From assembly GCA_965240465.1 (NCBI GenBank), contig OZ251219.1:864001-928000 (forward strand): a stretch of DNA of 64,000 bases, read 5' to 3'. The stretch's first letter is position 1, and each line of letters opens with the position of its first letter. This DNA is from a bacterium. GTDB lineage: Bacteria; SAR324; JACQKK01. This document shows, piece by piece, positions 47,837 to 58,535 of this stretch. The notes under the pieces are model-generated. The model did no database searches. It was not told the DNA's origin and saw only the letters and a list, made by a program, of their open reading frames with translations. Both the position numbers and the translations under genes were made by a program.

Positions 47837-49846
47837 CTAGGGCTTTTTGTGTCCGTAGAATCGGATGCCCCACTCGGTTACTTGGTGGGTTGATTCAGCC
47901 AATAGATCCGCGATTTTCAGGGTCCAGTTGCCATTGGGGGTTTCTCCTAGGTGGCGGGCGGAACCGAATTCTACCTCAGTGGGAGTTGTAAAACTGCAGA
48001 TAATCAATACTTTAGATTTGTTAAAACAAAGATGTGTCTCAGCTAAGATGCTGGTTGTATGTGTGGGTGAGGTGAGCGATATTTGCAAATTGCCGTAGTA
48101 TTCTCCACTCAATTTTATGGTGATTTCTAGATATTCAATGAAATCCAGGGTTGGGTTCAGCTCGGCTACGGTGAGGATGCTGGTTATTCCTGATGGTTGG
48201 TTATCGGGGATGTTTTGCTCATCTTTTGGGATTATCACCGAGTATCCTTCTGCTTTCACCATGGGACCTACATTGTTCCAGTTATGGGCTTTTTTGACCG
48301 CGGCTTCAGCATCAACGAGTCCGAAGCCGTACTGGTGATTGTGATGGTAGGGTGTTTCTGAGTATTCACTACCAGTATAGCTATTGGCTCCATCAAACCA
48401 TCCTGTGTGGCTGGGTTCTATTTTGCGAGCGGTAGCTGCCATGATCAGTCGTACATCTCTCCAGCCCAATCGGGGATTGATAGAACGCATTAAAGCGGCT
48501 ACTCCAGACACGATAGGAGCAGACCCAGATGTACCACTAAAGGTATCTGTATAATCTGTAGGGTTATAACCCATCTCGCCAGGGATATCGGTGGTGACCA
48601 GTCCTGTTGAGCCGATACCATCTCTTGATAGTCCACAAATCCATAGGTTGGCACCCATTTCCGAATAAGTAGCTCGGGAGCCATTATAGTCAACTGCACA
48701 AACGGTAGTTACTCCATGATACTTGGTACGAGCACGGTAGTTGGAATTGTTAGCCCTAAGACCTTTAATCAGGTGATTATTACCTGCTGAAAGGACGTAA
48801 AAAATTCCCTTACCATCGTAGCCAGTTTGGATTCCTTCATCAATGGCAGCCTTCCAGCTACTGGGAGTAGGGACGAAAGTTCCTATGGGAGTACTCCCCC
48901 AGCTATTGTTGGAAACCGCGGTTTCCAGTTTGTGTCTTAGCATGGCATCAACATAATTACCTTTGAGACTCTCTAGCAGATTAAGCCCAAAAAACTTGGA
49001 ATCAGGAGATACTCCGATGACTCCCAGACCATTATCCTTTGCAGCTACTATTAAACCAACTACCGCAGTTCCATGTTCCGATGCACCCTTATTAGCGGGT
49101 TCATGGGGGTCGTTGCCCTTACTTACGTAATTATAACTATACCCATCCTTATGATTAGCACTTAAATCGGGGTGTGATATTATTACCCCGTCGTCAACCA
49201 CGGCTATCAACACCTGAGACAACACCTGAGAACTTCCCTCAATGATCTGCCAGGCCTCGGGAGCATTGATGTCAACATCATTTTCATTATGCAAGTGCCA
49301 CTGAGCCGAGTACAAGGGATCGGCATTGCCAATAACCGTAGGCGAATTCACCACTACCTCAATACCACTGGTGCAGTGGGTGACTTTTGTTAAACAAGCT
49401 CCATAATAATATGTCCCTGGGATGGATCTGTCCCTACGGGGAGTGGTATCTCTTTTGGTACCATTAGCACCGATGCTGCTGAAGAGTACCCCGTCTAATA
49501 GGGTGTCCCTATGAGTGATTTTGTCATTAATGGAACGATAATAGGAAATATCCGCGGGAATGGGTTTGTTGGTGCGATTCCTTACATCCACCGAAAGGGT
49601 AATTCTACTATTAAAGTCAAATGTTGCTGGAGTAACCGATAGGTTTTCCAGTACTAAATCAGTCAGTGGCTCAGGAGGTTCAGGAGGCCCAGGAGGCTCA
49701 GGAGGATCTACGATAGTGGCTTCTTTAGTCCCTCCAGACTCCGAACCCTCGCTTTTGCTACACTGAGAAAGCCACAAAGACGACAATAAAACCACACTCA
49801 GCGACCAAAATAAGCGGTGGCAAGCGTATTTGGTAAGAAACGACAT
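47837..49846 (-). CDS. Kexin/furin-like S8 serine protease with CARDB-like N-domain and P-domain, probable lipoprotein
   Basis: WLSQC signal end; DPLYSAQWHL; triad VAVVDDG-type (IAVVDDG) / HGTAVVG / GTSGSAP; oxyanion AGN; WRDVRLI; HQYGFG; P-domain GNWTLKI; ends YGHKKP. Confidence 0.93.
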   Translation of the reverse strand: MSFLTKYACHRLFWSLSVVLLSSLWLSQCSKSEGSESGGTKEATIVDPPEPPGPPEPPEPLTDLVLENLSVTPATFDFNSRITLSVDVRNRTNKPIPADISYYRSINDKITHRDTLLDGVLFSSIGANGTKRDTTPRRDRSIPGTYYYGACLTKVTHCTSGIEVVVNSPTVIGNADPLYSAQWHLHNENDVDINAPEAWQIIEGSSQVLSQVLIAVVDDGVIISHPDLSANHKDGYSYNYVSKGNDPHEPANKGASEHGTAVVGLIVAAKDNGLGVIGVSPDSKFFGLNLLESLKGNYVDAMLRHKLETAVSNNSWGSTPIGTFVPTPSSWKAAIDEGIQTGYDGKGIFYVLSAGNNHLIKGLRANNSNYRARTKYHGVTTVCAVDYNGSRATYSEMGANLWICGLSRDGIGSTGLVTTDIPGEMGYNPTDYTDTFSGTSGSAPIVSGVAALMRSINPRLGWRDVRLIMAATARKIEPSHTGWFDGANSYTGSEYSETPYHHNHQYGFGLVDAEAAVKKAHNWNNVGPMVKAEGYSVIIPKDEQNIPDNQPSGITSILTVAELNPTLDFIEYLEITIKLSGEYYGNLQISLTSPTHTTSILAETHLCFNKSKVLIICSFTTPTEVEFGSARHLGETPNGNWTLKIADLLAESTHQVTEWGIRFYGHKKP

Positions 49847-49965
49847 GGCAAAATATAGGCAATCCAGTTACTGAGTTATACAATGAATAAGTGACGGATG
49901 TCAATAATCGCCATTTTTAGCCGTTTAAGAAATAGATTAAACATGGTATGCTGGAAGAACATTCT

Positions 49966-50120
49966 GACGCAAATGAGAGTGCAAAAGCAGGGGACGCAAA
50001 TGAGAGTGCAAAAGCAGGGGACGCAAATGAGAGTGCAAAAGCAGGGGACGCAAATGAGAGTGCAAAAGCAGGGGACGCAAATGAGAGTGCAAAAGCAGGG
50101 GACGCAAATGAGAATGCAAA
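49966..50120. repeat. 27-bp VNTR GACGCAAATGAGAGTGCAAAAGCAGGG x ~5.7
   Basis: Units at 49966, 49993, 50020, 50047, 50074, 50101. Confidence 0.95.
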
Positions 50121-50288
50121 TGGAAATTCAAGTGATGCCTCTGATTTGGTGCTAGATGCCGATGGTGTAGGTCTAATATGTGGCTATCGGATAAAAAACC
50201 ATGATTTTCTTGCTTTCTTGACAATTTATGTGTGATACTCACCGCAGGAACCTTTGTACCATTGCTTGACCTCCTAGGAGAAATGTAT

Positions 50289-50999
50289 ATGTTTGCTATT
50301 GTAACAAGAAAAAATCAGCATCGCAGAGGTATATTGATGGGACTAGTTGCTCTGGTCTTTGCCCTTGCCTTTGTCTTGCCTTTGGCGTCAACGGCTTGGT
50401 CGCAGAAGATCAAGACAGGAGATCTGGCAGAACTGAAAAAGCAAATCCTGAAAAGGGAAAAGGCTGAGGCAGAAGCTCGTGCTTTGTCCAATGAGCCAGA
50501 ACCAGAGCCCCTCTATTGGTACGATGGCGATGAACGCCGCACAGTATTTGTAGACAACAGATACTATGCAATTTTTCGCAGTGGAGACTCCGTCAAGGAA
50601 CGCACTCAGCCGCCTAGTTTGGGTCAAGGTGAAGAAGTAGTTGTTTCAAATGCTTTTGTGTCTATTGTAAAGAAAGGCAACTCAGAAGCACAAACTCAAA
50701 GCACTTATGACGATAGTCACGATCTTGTTTTTAGTAATCAATATGGTCAATTGCTAGCTCTGCCCGGGGGGGTACTTTTGTTCTTTAACAAAAATATAAC
50801 AGATGCAGAAATTGAACGATTCTTCGTCTCTAAAAACATCCCTAGTAGTCAGTACAAGAAAAACCCCGACATGAGAAACTTCTATGTGGTGGAAACAGAA
50901 CCCGGATTGCCATCACTTGAATTGGCCAACAAACTGAAGCTTTCCCCAGAGTTGTTTATCTCCAGTCCTAACTGGTGGCAAAAATATGAACTGCATTAG
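50289..50999 (+). CDS. Secreted stand-alone subtilase prodomain-like protein (putative external chaperone/inhibitor)
   Basis: RBS AGGAG at 50276-50280; hydrophobic signal ending AWS; C-terminal ALPGGVLLFF..TDAEIERFF..NFYVVET.PGLPSLELANKL..SPEL.ISSPNWW pattern resembles S8 propeptide (I9-like) sequences. Confidence 0.6.
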   Translation: MFAIVTRKNQHRRGILMGLVALVFALAFVLPLASTAWSQKIKTGDLAELKKQILKREKAEAEARALSNEPEPEPLYWYDGDERRTVFVDNRYYAIFRSGDSVKERTQPPSLGQGEEVVVSNAFVSIVKKGNSEAQTQSTYDDSHDLVFSNQYGQLLALPGGVLLFFNKNITDAEIERFFVSKNIPSSQYKKNPDMRNFYVVETEPGLPSLELANKLKLSPELFISSPNWWQKYELH

Positions 51000-51057
51000 A
51001 TAAAATGCTGGCATCAATCTGGAACTTATTTAATCGATTGATGGACGAAAATGGTGG

Positions 51058-53445
51058 GTGCTGAGAGGGTGTGGTTTTCGGATGGTTGTTTTGTCTGGTG
51101 GGGGTGTTGTGAGGACGTTATTTTCAGGTAGTTATTTTGCTCACTTGCTTCGCGGTAGCTTGGGCTGGCTTTTGTTGGCAGGTTCCCTGTTTTTGCTGGT
51201 CCAATGTGGAGGTGGGAGTAACAGTGGTGGGAGTAACAGTGGTGGCAGTGGCGAAGGTGAGAGTGGTACTCCCGATTTGGTAATTGTCGGGAGCAAGCTT
51301 AGTTCAAAGAGTGCTGTACTCGGTGGAAACTTGACGATTACCTCAACGATCAAAAATCAGGGTACGGGAATCTCGGGTGGTGCTGATAGTCTACAGACGG
51401 TCACCTTTTATCGTTCTAGCAATAAATTCATTAGTCCCAGAGACGAGGTGCTAGGTACAGCTCCCTTGGATGCTCTGGCACCCAATGCGGAAAGTAATCC
51501 CAGTTTTTCTTTTCTAGCTCGGGCTGGCGATAGTTATTATGGTGCTTGTTTGGGGTTCACCAATGATTGCCAAATTGGAATCAAGCTCAGCGTTCCTAGC
51601 CCTGATATATCTGGTAGTTCAAATAGTGCTACTTGTCAGCTTTCTAAGGGAGGTGTATTTGCATCTGTGCCATCAAGCTCGGCAAATCGTGTGTTGCTGG
51701 ATATGAGTACAAACACTTTTACTGAAAGCATAAGGATAAACCAAGGCAAAATCACACAATATCTTATGCAAATAAAGCAAAAAGGGGTTCTAGATATCTG
51801 GAGTACAGGTTCCGAGGACATGAGTGCTTTACTATTTGATGGGAATTGCAAGGCTATTAGTGAACATTACTATGCCGAAGATGGAGGAATAGGTGGTAGC
51901 AATAACTTCCAGATTTCAGCTATCGCAGCGGAGGGTTATTATTTCTTAGTCCTTTATGAGGAATCTATGAAGCATGCTAGTTTTCGGATAACAGCTAGTC
52001 TTAATTATCCTCCTAGGGTGAAAGGTAGTGACCCGTTGTATCCCCAGCAATGGCACTTAAACAATCCAAATGACCAAGAGATTGATATCAATGCCCCCCA
52101 AGCCTGGGAAATTACACGGGGAAACCCTGAGGTGTTGGTCGCTGTTATTGATACTGGGGCGGAGGTTATACACCCAGATCTAGCCCCGAACCACGATGAT
52201 CGCTATGACATAGAGGTGGATAGTGATACTCCAGATCACGGAACTGCGGTAGTGGGTGTGATAGTCGCAAAAGGAAATAATGGCATAGGCGTTAGCGGAG
52301 TAGCCCCAGAGGTTAGTTTTGTGTCGCGAGGTGCCACACTTGGTACGGATGAGTATATAGCGGGTTCCCTAATCAAAGATAAAGAGCAAGTAGCCATTTC
52401 CAATAATAGTTGGGGTAAGAATTCTAGAGGACGTTTTGTTACAAATTATGAAATCTATAGGGTTGTCCTTGAGGACGGAGTTACCAATGGATATGGTGGC
52501 AAGGGAATTTTCTACGCATTTGCAGGGGGGAATAATCATGAAATAGGTTATAATTCTAACTACGCATTCCCTCAAAGATATTACAGTGTTGCTCCCATTT
52601 GTGCTGTTGGTAAGAATGGTGAAAGAGTCAGTTACTCGGAGAAAGGGGCCAACCTATGGGTTTGTGCTCCCTCTAAGTCCCGCAATCAAATAGGAATTAC
52701 AACTACCGCTGCTGGAGGAGGCTATAAGAGTGATTTCGGGGGCACCTCTGCGGCGGCCCCGATCGTGGCTGGAGTAGCTGCCTTGATGCGTTCTATAAAC
52801 CCAGAACTGGGCTGGAGGGATATACGCCTTATCTTAGCCGTCACCGCCCAAAAAAATGATAGTCTTAACTCAGGATGGTTCCACGGTGTTACTAGCTATG
52901 ATGGTAGCAATTATTCGGGCAGTTTATATCAGCATAATCATGAATATGGCTTCGGGCTTGTCAACGCCGAAGCTGCGGTCCTGAAGTCTCAAAACTGGAA
53001 TAATGTAGGCCAGATGGTGAGAACTCCCTTTTATTCTCAGGATATCCCAACAGCTAAACAGCGGGTCCGTTATGGAGGTACTGGGCTGAGCAGTGTTATT
53101 AAGGTGACAGGCTTAAATGATACCCTTGATTTCATAGAATATATTGACATTGATATTAAAATTAGCGGAAAACACTATGGAAACTTACAGATAAATTTAA
53201 TTTCTCCTGCCAATAAGACCAGTTACTTGGCAGAACAACATCATTGTGTCTATAGTACTATCTATGGTATTATCCAGGGTACATGTGTTTTTAGTGCACC
53301 TACCAAGGCCTACTTTGGTTCAGCCCGCCACTTAGGTGAATCTCCCGATGGAGATTGGACCTTAGAGGTCGTGGATGATGTTATTAACTACAACAACAAT
53401 GTTTATTCCTGGGGTCTTAAGTTCTACGGGCATAAAAAACCGTGA
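51058..53445 (+). CDS. Kexin-like S8 protease lipoprotein (CARDB-PPC-S8-P)
   Basis: FLLVQC; PDLVIV..NQGT CARDB-like domain; PPC-like YLMQ..STGSED..LFDG..NFQI; triad VIDTG/HGTAV/GTSAAAP; ends YGHKKP; true start probably slightly downstream. Confidence 0.93.
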   Translation: MLRGCGFRMVVLSGGGVVRTLFSGSYFAHLLRGSLGWLLLAGSLFLLVQCGGGSNSGGSNSGGSGEGESGTPDLVIVGSKLSSKSAVLGGNLTITSTIKNQGTGISGGADSLQTVTFYRSSNKFISPRDEVLGTAPLDALAPNAESNPSFSFLARAGDSYYGACLGFTNDCQIGIKLSVPSPDISGSSNSATCQLSKGGVFASVPSSSANRVLLDMSTNTFTESIRINQGKITQYLMQIKQKGVLDIWSTGSEDMSALLFDGNCKAISEHYYAEDGGIGGSNNFQISAIAAEGYYFLVLYEESMKHASFRITASLNYPPRVKGSDPLYPQQWHLNNPNDQEIDINAPQAWEITRGNPEVLVAVIDTGAEVIHPDLAPNHDDRYDIEVDSDTPDHGTAVVGVIVAKGNNGIGVSGVAPEVSFVSRGATLGTDEYIAGSLIKDKEQVAISNNSWGKNSRGRFVTNYEIYRVVLEDGVTNGYGGKGIFYAFAGGNNHEIGYNSNYAFPQRYYSVAPICAVGKNGERVSYSEKGANLWVCAPSKSRNQIGITTTAAGGGYKSDFGGTSAAAPIVAGVAALMRSINPELGWRDIRLILAVTAQKNDSLNSGWFHGVTSYDGSNYSGSLYQHNHEYGFGLVNAEAAVLKSQNWNNVGQMVRTPFYSQDIPTAKQRVRYGGTGLSSVIKVTGLNDTLDFIEYIDIDIKISGKHYGNLQINLISPANKTSYLAEQHHCVYSTIYGIIQGTCVFSAPTKAYFGSARHLGESPDGDWTLEVVDDVINYNNNVYSWGLKFYGHKKP

Positions 53446-53562
53446 TGATTGCCTCAGCGGTGATTTTGTGTTACTCTGCGGTATGCTTGGAATATATTGT
53501 AGGGGGGAGTACCAATGGTTCACCGCTAGTCCCGATCACCAACTCTAATAAGGGACAGAAAT

Positions 53563-55971
53563 ATGAACTGGAAAGCATCATTCTTAGGTAGTTTTACTCA
53601 CTTGCTTCACCGAAGCTTGGGCTGGTTTTTGTTGGCAGGTTCCCTGTTTTTGCTGGTCCAATGCGGAGGTAGTGGTAGCGAAGGTACCGTTCCATCACCA
53701 TCTCCGCCACTGCCATCTCCGCCTGTTGGTACTGATGATTGTAAAACTGAGGCTGAGGGTGCAACTGGTCTGACAATTGTCGGGAGCAAGCTTAGCTCAA
53801 AGAGGGCCTCAATCGGTGATAATCTAAGAGTTACGGTAACGATAAGAAATAAGGGTACGGCTACTTCAGGCGGTACTGGTAGCCCACAGACGGTCACCTT
53901 TTATCGCTCTAGTAATAAATTCATTAGTCCCAGAGACGAGGTGCTAGGTACAGCTTCCTTTGGCACTCTTAGGCCCAATGCGGAAAGTAATCCCAGTTTT
54001 TCTTTTCTAGCCCAGAAAGGCGATAATTATTATGGTGCTTGTTTGGGGACCACCAATAATTGCCAAATTGGGGTCAAGGTCAGCGTTACCAGCCATGATA
54101 TATCCGGTAGCGATAGTTATACTGATCCCTGTACGCTTTATAAGGTGGATAGAACTCCGATTACTACTTCAGCTTCAATAAATGCTAAGTCGCTGACCCT
54201 AGGCAGGACAGTTGATATTGTTACAAGCGTAGAGCAAAATCAAGCCAGATACTATTTGTTGCAAGTAGAGCAAGAAGGGCTTTTGGATATCTGGAGCACC
54301 GGCTCACAAGACACGGTTGCTTTACTATTTGATGGGAATTGCAAGGCTATTAGTGAACATTACTATGCCGAAGATGGAGGAATAGGTGGTAGCAACAACT
54401 TCCAAATTAAGGCTACTGCGGAGGCTGGTTACTATTTTTTAGTGGTTCATGAGAAGTCTCTCAAGGCTGCTAATTTTATGATAAACATCAGGCTTAATGG
54501 TTTTCCAGGGACAGGTGAAGACCCGCTGTATTCTGATCAATGGCACTTAAACAATCCGAATGACCAAGAGATTGATATCAATGCTCCCCAAGCTTGGGAG
54601 ATTACGCGGGGATGTCCTAGTGTGCTAGTTGCTGTTATTGATACTAGGGCGAATGTTGCACACCCAGATTTAGCCCCTAACTACGATGATCGCTACGATA
54701 ATTTTAATCCACCACTTATGCATGAACACGGAACATTAGTATCAGGTGTGATTGCAGCTGCAGGCAATAATGGGATAGGTGTTAGCGGAGTGGCTCCAGA
54801 GGTTGGTTTTGTGTCACGGTTTGCCATTGGGGCGTCGGGTAGTGTTAATTGGAGTATATCAGATGCCCTGATCGGAGATAAGGTGCAAGTAGCCATTTCC
54901 AATAATAGTTATGGTTTGGGGTATATAGTTCAAGGAGACTTTGAGCTAAATAAGGCAATCCATCAGACTGTCCTTGAGGAAGGAATTACCAGTGGATATG
55001 GTGGCAAGGGGATTTTCTACGTATTTGCAGCGGGGAATGATCATGTGTATGGCGATAATTCTAACTATCATAGTCCTGAAAGATATTACAGTGTTGCCAC
55101 CATTTGTGCTGTTGGTAAGAATGGCACCAGATCCTCTTATTCGGAGAAAGGAGCCAACCTGTGGATTTGTGCTCCCTCTTCTGCGTCTGTCACTAACGTA
55201 CAGGCAGGAATCGTAACTACAGATATTGTAGGCAGCGAAGGATCTAGCACAGGTGATTATGCCGATGATTTCAGGGGCACTTCTGCGGCGGCCCCGATCG
55301 TTTCTGGGGTAGCTGCCTTGATGCGTTCTATTAACCCAGAATTGGGTTGGAGGGATGTACGCCTTATCTTAGCCGTCACCGCCCAAAAAAATGATAGCAC
55401 CAACCCAGGATGGTTTGAAGGGATGGCTAGTTATGATGGCAGCAATTATTTGGGCAGTTTATATCAGCATAATCATGAATATGGCTTTGGGGTTGTAGAT
55501 GCCCAAGCTGCGGTCAGTCAATCTCAAAGCTGGAATAATGTAGGCCAGCTGGTAGTAAGTTCTTCTCAATCCAAGGATATCCCAACAGCTAAACAGCAGG
55601 TACCTGATGGAAATACAACTGGGCTAAGCAGTGTTATTACGGTGGCAGGCTTAAATGATACCCTTGATTTCATAGAATATATTGACATTGATATTAATAT
55701 GGATGGAAAACACTACGGAAACTTACAGATAAATTTAATTTCTCCCGACAACAAGACCAGTACTTTGGCAGAAGAACATCATTGTGTCTATAATCGTATA
55801 CTGATTACATGTGCTTTTAATACACCTACCAAGGCCTCCTTTGGCTCTGCCCGCCATTTGGGTGAGTCTCCTGATGGAGATTGGACCTTAGAGATCGTGG
55901 ATGATGTTATTAACCACAACAACAATGTTTATTCCTGGGGTCTTAAGTTCTACGGGCATAAAAAACCGTGA
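53563..55971 (+). CDS. Kexin-like S8 protease lipoprotein (CARDB-PPC-S8-P)
   Basis: FLLVQC; triad VIDT/HGTLV/GTSAAAP; AGN; P-domain; YGHKKP. Confidence 0.93.
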   Translation: MNWKASFLGSFTHLLHRSLGWFLLAGSLFLLVQCGGSGSEGTVPSPSPPLPSPPVGTDDCKTEAEGATGLTIVGSKLSSKRASIGDNLRVTVTIRNKGTATSGGTGSPQTVTFYRSSNKFISPRDEVLGTASFGTLRPNAESNPSFSFLAQKGDNYYGACLGTTNNCQIGVKVSVTSHDISGSDSYTDPCTLYKVDRTPITTSASINAKSLTLGRTVDIVTSVEQNQARYYLLQVEQEGLLDIWSTGSQDTVALLFDGNCKAISEHYYAEDGGIGGSNNFQIKATAEAGYYFLVVHEKSLKAANFMINIRLNGFPGTGEDPLYSDQWHLNNPNDQEIDINAPQAWEITRGCPSVLVAVIDTRANVAHPDLAPNYDDRYDNFNPPLMHEHGTLVSGVIAAAGNNGIGVSGVAPEVGFVSRFAIGASGSVNWSISDALIGDKVQVAISNNSYGLGYIVQGDFELNKAIHQTVLEEGITSGYGGKGIFYVFAAGNDHVYGDNSNYHSPERYYSVATICAVGKNGTRSSYSEKGANLWICAPSSASVTNVQAGIVTTDIVGSEGSSTGDYADDFRGTSAAAPIVSGVAALMRSINPELGWRDVRLILAVTAQKNDSTNPGWFEGMASYDGSNYLGSLYQHNHEYGFGVVDAQAAVSQSQSWNNVGQLVVSSSQSKDIPTAKQQVPDGNTTGLSSVITVAGLNDTLDFIEYIDIDINMDGKHYGNLQINLISPDNKTSTLAEEHHCVYNRILITCAFNTPTKASFGSARHLGESPDGDWTLEIVDDVINHNNNVYSWGLKFYGHKKP

Positions 55972-56052
55972 TGATTGCCTCAGCGGTGATTTTGTGCTAC
56001 GCTGTACTTGTCTGGGACCAATTTGCGTTATAGGGGAAATATAGGCGGGGCG

Positions 56053-56129
56053 GTGTCAATCCCGAGTAGTGTCAATCCCGAGTAGTGTCAATCCCGAGTA
56101 GTGTCAATCCCGAGTAGTGTCAATCCCGA
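56053..56129. repeat. 16-bp VNTR GTGTCAATCCCGAGTA x ~4.8
   Basis: Units at 56053, 56069, 56085, 56101, 56117; ends 27 bp before ATG 56157. Confidence 0.95.
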
Positions 56130-56156
56130 TCGCCAGCCCTGATAAGTGACAGAAAT

Positions 56157-58535
56157 ATGAGCTGGAAAGCATCATTCTTAGGTAGTTTTGCTAACTTGCT
56201 TCGCGGTAGCTTGGGCTGGCTTTTGTTGGCAGGTTCCCTGTTTTTGCTGGTCCAATGTGGAGGTGGCAGTGGCGGAGGTGGCGGAGGTGGCGGAGGTGAG
56301 AGTGATACTCCCGATTTGGTAATTGTCGGGAGCGAGCTTAGTTCAAAGAGTGCTGTACTCGGTGAAAACTTGACGATTACCTCAACGATCAAAAATCAGG
56401 GTACGGGAATCTCGGGTGGTGCTGATAGTCTACAGACGGTCACCTTTTATCGTTCTAGTAATAAATTCATTAGTCCCAGAGACGAGATACTAGGTATAGC
56501 TTCCTTTGGTACGCTGGAACCCAATGCCCAAAGCACTCAATCTTTCAATTTTGAGGCTCGGGCTGGCGATAATTATTATGGTGCTTGTTTGGGGTTCACC
56601 AATGATTGCCAAATTGGAATCAAGGTCAGCATTTCCGTCCCTGATATATCTGGTAGTTCAAATCGTACTACTTGTCAGATTTCTGGGGGAGGTGTATCTG
56701 CGTTCATGACTTCAGGTTCAGAAATTCCTAGGATTCTGTACAGTAGTAAAAACACTTTTACTGAGAGAATGAAGCTAGACCGAGGCGGAGTAGGATACTA
56801 TTTGCTGAAAGTAGAGCGAAAAGGGACTCTAGATATCTGGACTACCGGTTCCGAGGACATGAGTGCTTTACTATTTGATGGGAATTGTAATGCTATTAGT
56901 GAACGTTACTATGCCGAAGACGGAGGAATAGGTGGTGGCAATAACTTCCAGATTTCAGCTATCGCAGCGGAGGGTTATTATTCATTAGTCTTTTATGAGA
57001 AATCCTTCAAGGTCGCTACTTTTGATATCACAGCCATACTTAATTATCCTCCTAGGGTGATAGGGGATGACCCGCTGTATTCTGATCAATGGCACTTAAA
57101 CAATCCGAATGACCAAGAGATTGATATCAATGCCCCCCAAGCTTGGGAAATTACGCGGGGAAACCCTGAGGTGTTGGTCGCTATTATAGATGGTGGGGTG
57201 GAGATTACACACCCAGATCTAGCCCCGAACTACGATGATCGCTATTATGATTTAGAAGATGTTAATGATTACTTAGATCACGGAACATCAGTGGCAGGTC
57301 TGATAGTCGCAAAAGGCAATAATGGCATAGGCGTTAGCGGAGTGGCTCCAGAGGTTAGTTTTGTGTCGCGAGGTTTAGATGCCCCAGGGTCTGATGAATG
57401 GGGTACATTAAGTGCCCTCATCAAAGATAAAGAGCAAGTAGCCATTTCCAATAATAGCTGGAGTACGTCTGGTTCTTTCAAGGGGATATTTTATCCAAGT
57501 GATAGATATGCATCCTATGGGACTGTCATTACAGAAGGAATTACCAGTGGATATGGTGGCAAGGGGATTTTCTACGCATTTGCAGGGGGGAATGATCATG
57601 AAGAAGGTAATAATTCTAACTACACAGTCCCTGGAAGATATTACAGTGTTACCACCATTTGTGCTGTTAGTAAGGATGGCACCAGATCCTCTTATTCGGA
57701 GAAAGGAGCCAATCTGTGGATTTGTGCCCCCTCTTCTGAGTCTGTCACTAACGTACAGGCAGGAGTTGTAACGACAGATGTTACAGGCATGGAAGGAACT
57801 AGTACGGGTGATTATTCCGATGATTTCGGGGGCACTTCTGCGGCGACTCCGATCGTTTCTGGGGTAGCTGCTTTGATGCGTTCTGCTAACCCAGAATTGG
57901 GCTGGAGGGATATACGTCTTATCTTAGCCGTCACCGCCCAAAAGAATGATAGCACCAACCCAGGATGGTTTGAAGGGATGGCTAGTTATGATGGCAGCAA
58001 TTATTCGGGCAGTTTATATCAGCACAATCATGAATATGGCTTTGGGGTTGTAGATGCCCAAGCTGCGGTCAGTCAATCTCAAAACTGGAATAATGTAGGT
58101 GAGATGGTGGTAGGTTCTTCTCAGTCCAAGGATATCCCAACAGCTAAGCAGCAGGTACCTGATGGAAATACAACTGGGCTAAGCAGTGTTATAAGTGTGA
58201 CTGACCTAAATGCTACCCTTGATTTCATAGAATATGTTGACATTGAACTTAATATGGATGGAGAAAACTATGGAGACCTACAGATAAATCTCACTTCTCC
58301 CGCCAATAAGACCAGTACTTTGGCAGAACGACATGATTGTTCTAATATCGAGGTGGTTTTAGTGGTTTTTAAGTGTGTTTTTGACACCCCTACCAAGGTC
58401 TCCTTTGGTTCCGCCCGCCACTTAGGTGAATCTCCTGATGGAGATTGGACCTTAGAGGTTATAGATGGAATTACTGGCGACAACAACAATGTTTATTCTT
58501 GGGGTCTTAAGTTCTACGGGCATAAAAAACCGTGA
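56157..58535 (+). CDS. Kexin-like S8 protease lipoprotein (CARDB-PPC-S8-P)
   Basis: FLLVQC; triad IIDGG/HGTSV/GTSAATP; P-domain; YGHKKP. Confidence 0.93.
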   Translation: MSWKASFLGSFANLLRGSLGWLLLAGSLFLLVQCGGGSGGGGGGGGGESDTPDLVIVGSELSSKSAVLGENLTITSTIKNQGTGISGGADSLQTVTFYRSSNKFISPRDEILGIASFGTLEPNAQSTQSFNFEARAGDNYYGACLGFTNDCQIGIKVSISVPDISGSSNRTTCQISGGGVSAFMTSGSEIPRILYSSKNTFTERMKLDRGGVGYYLLKVERKGTLDIWTTGSEDMSALLFDGNCNAISERYYAEDGGIGGGNNFQISAIAAEGYYSLVFYEKSFKVATFDITAILNYPPRVIGDDPLYSDQWHLNNPNDQEIDINAPQAWEITRGNPEVLVAIIDGGVEITHPDLAPNYDDRYYDLEDVNDYLDHGTSVAGLIVAKGNNGIGVSGVAPEVSFVSRGLDAPGSDEWGTLSALIKDKEQVAISNNSWSTSGSFKGIFYPSDRYASYGTVITEGITSGYGGKGIFYAFAGGNDHEEGNNSNYTVPGRYYSVTTICAVSKDGTRSSYSEKGANLWICAPSSESVTNVQAGVVTTDVTGMEGTSTGDYSDDFGGTSAATPIVSGVAALMRSANPELGWRDIRLILAVTAQKNDSTNPGWFEGMASYDGSNYSGSLYQHNHEYGFGVVDAQAAVSQSQNWNNVGEMVVGSSQSKDIPTAKQQVPDGNTTGLSSVISVTDLNATLDFIEYVDIELNMDGENYGDLQINLTSPANKTSTLAERHDCSNIEVVLVVFKCVFDTPTKVSFGSARHLGESPDGDWTLEVIDGITGDNNNVYSWGLKFYGHKKP

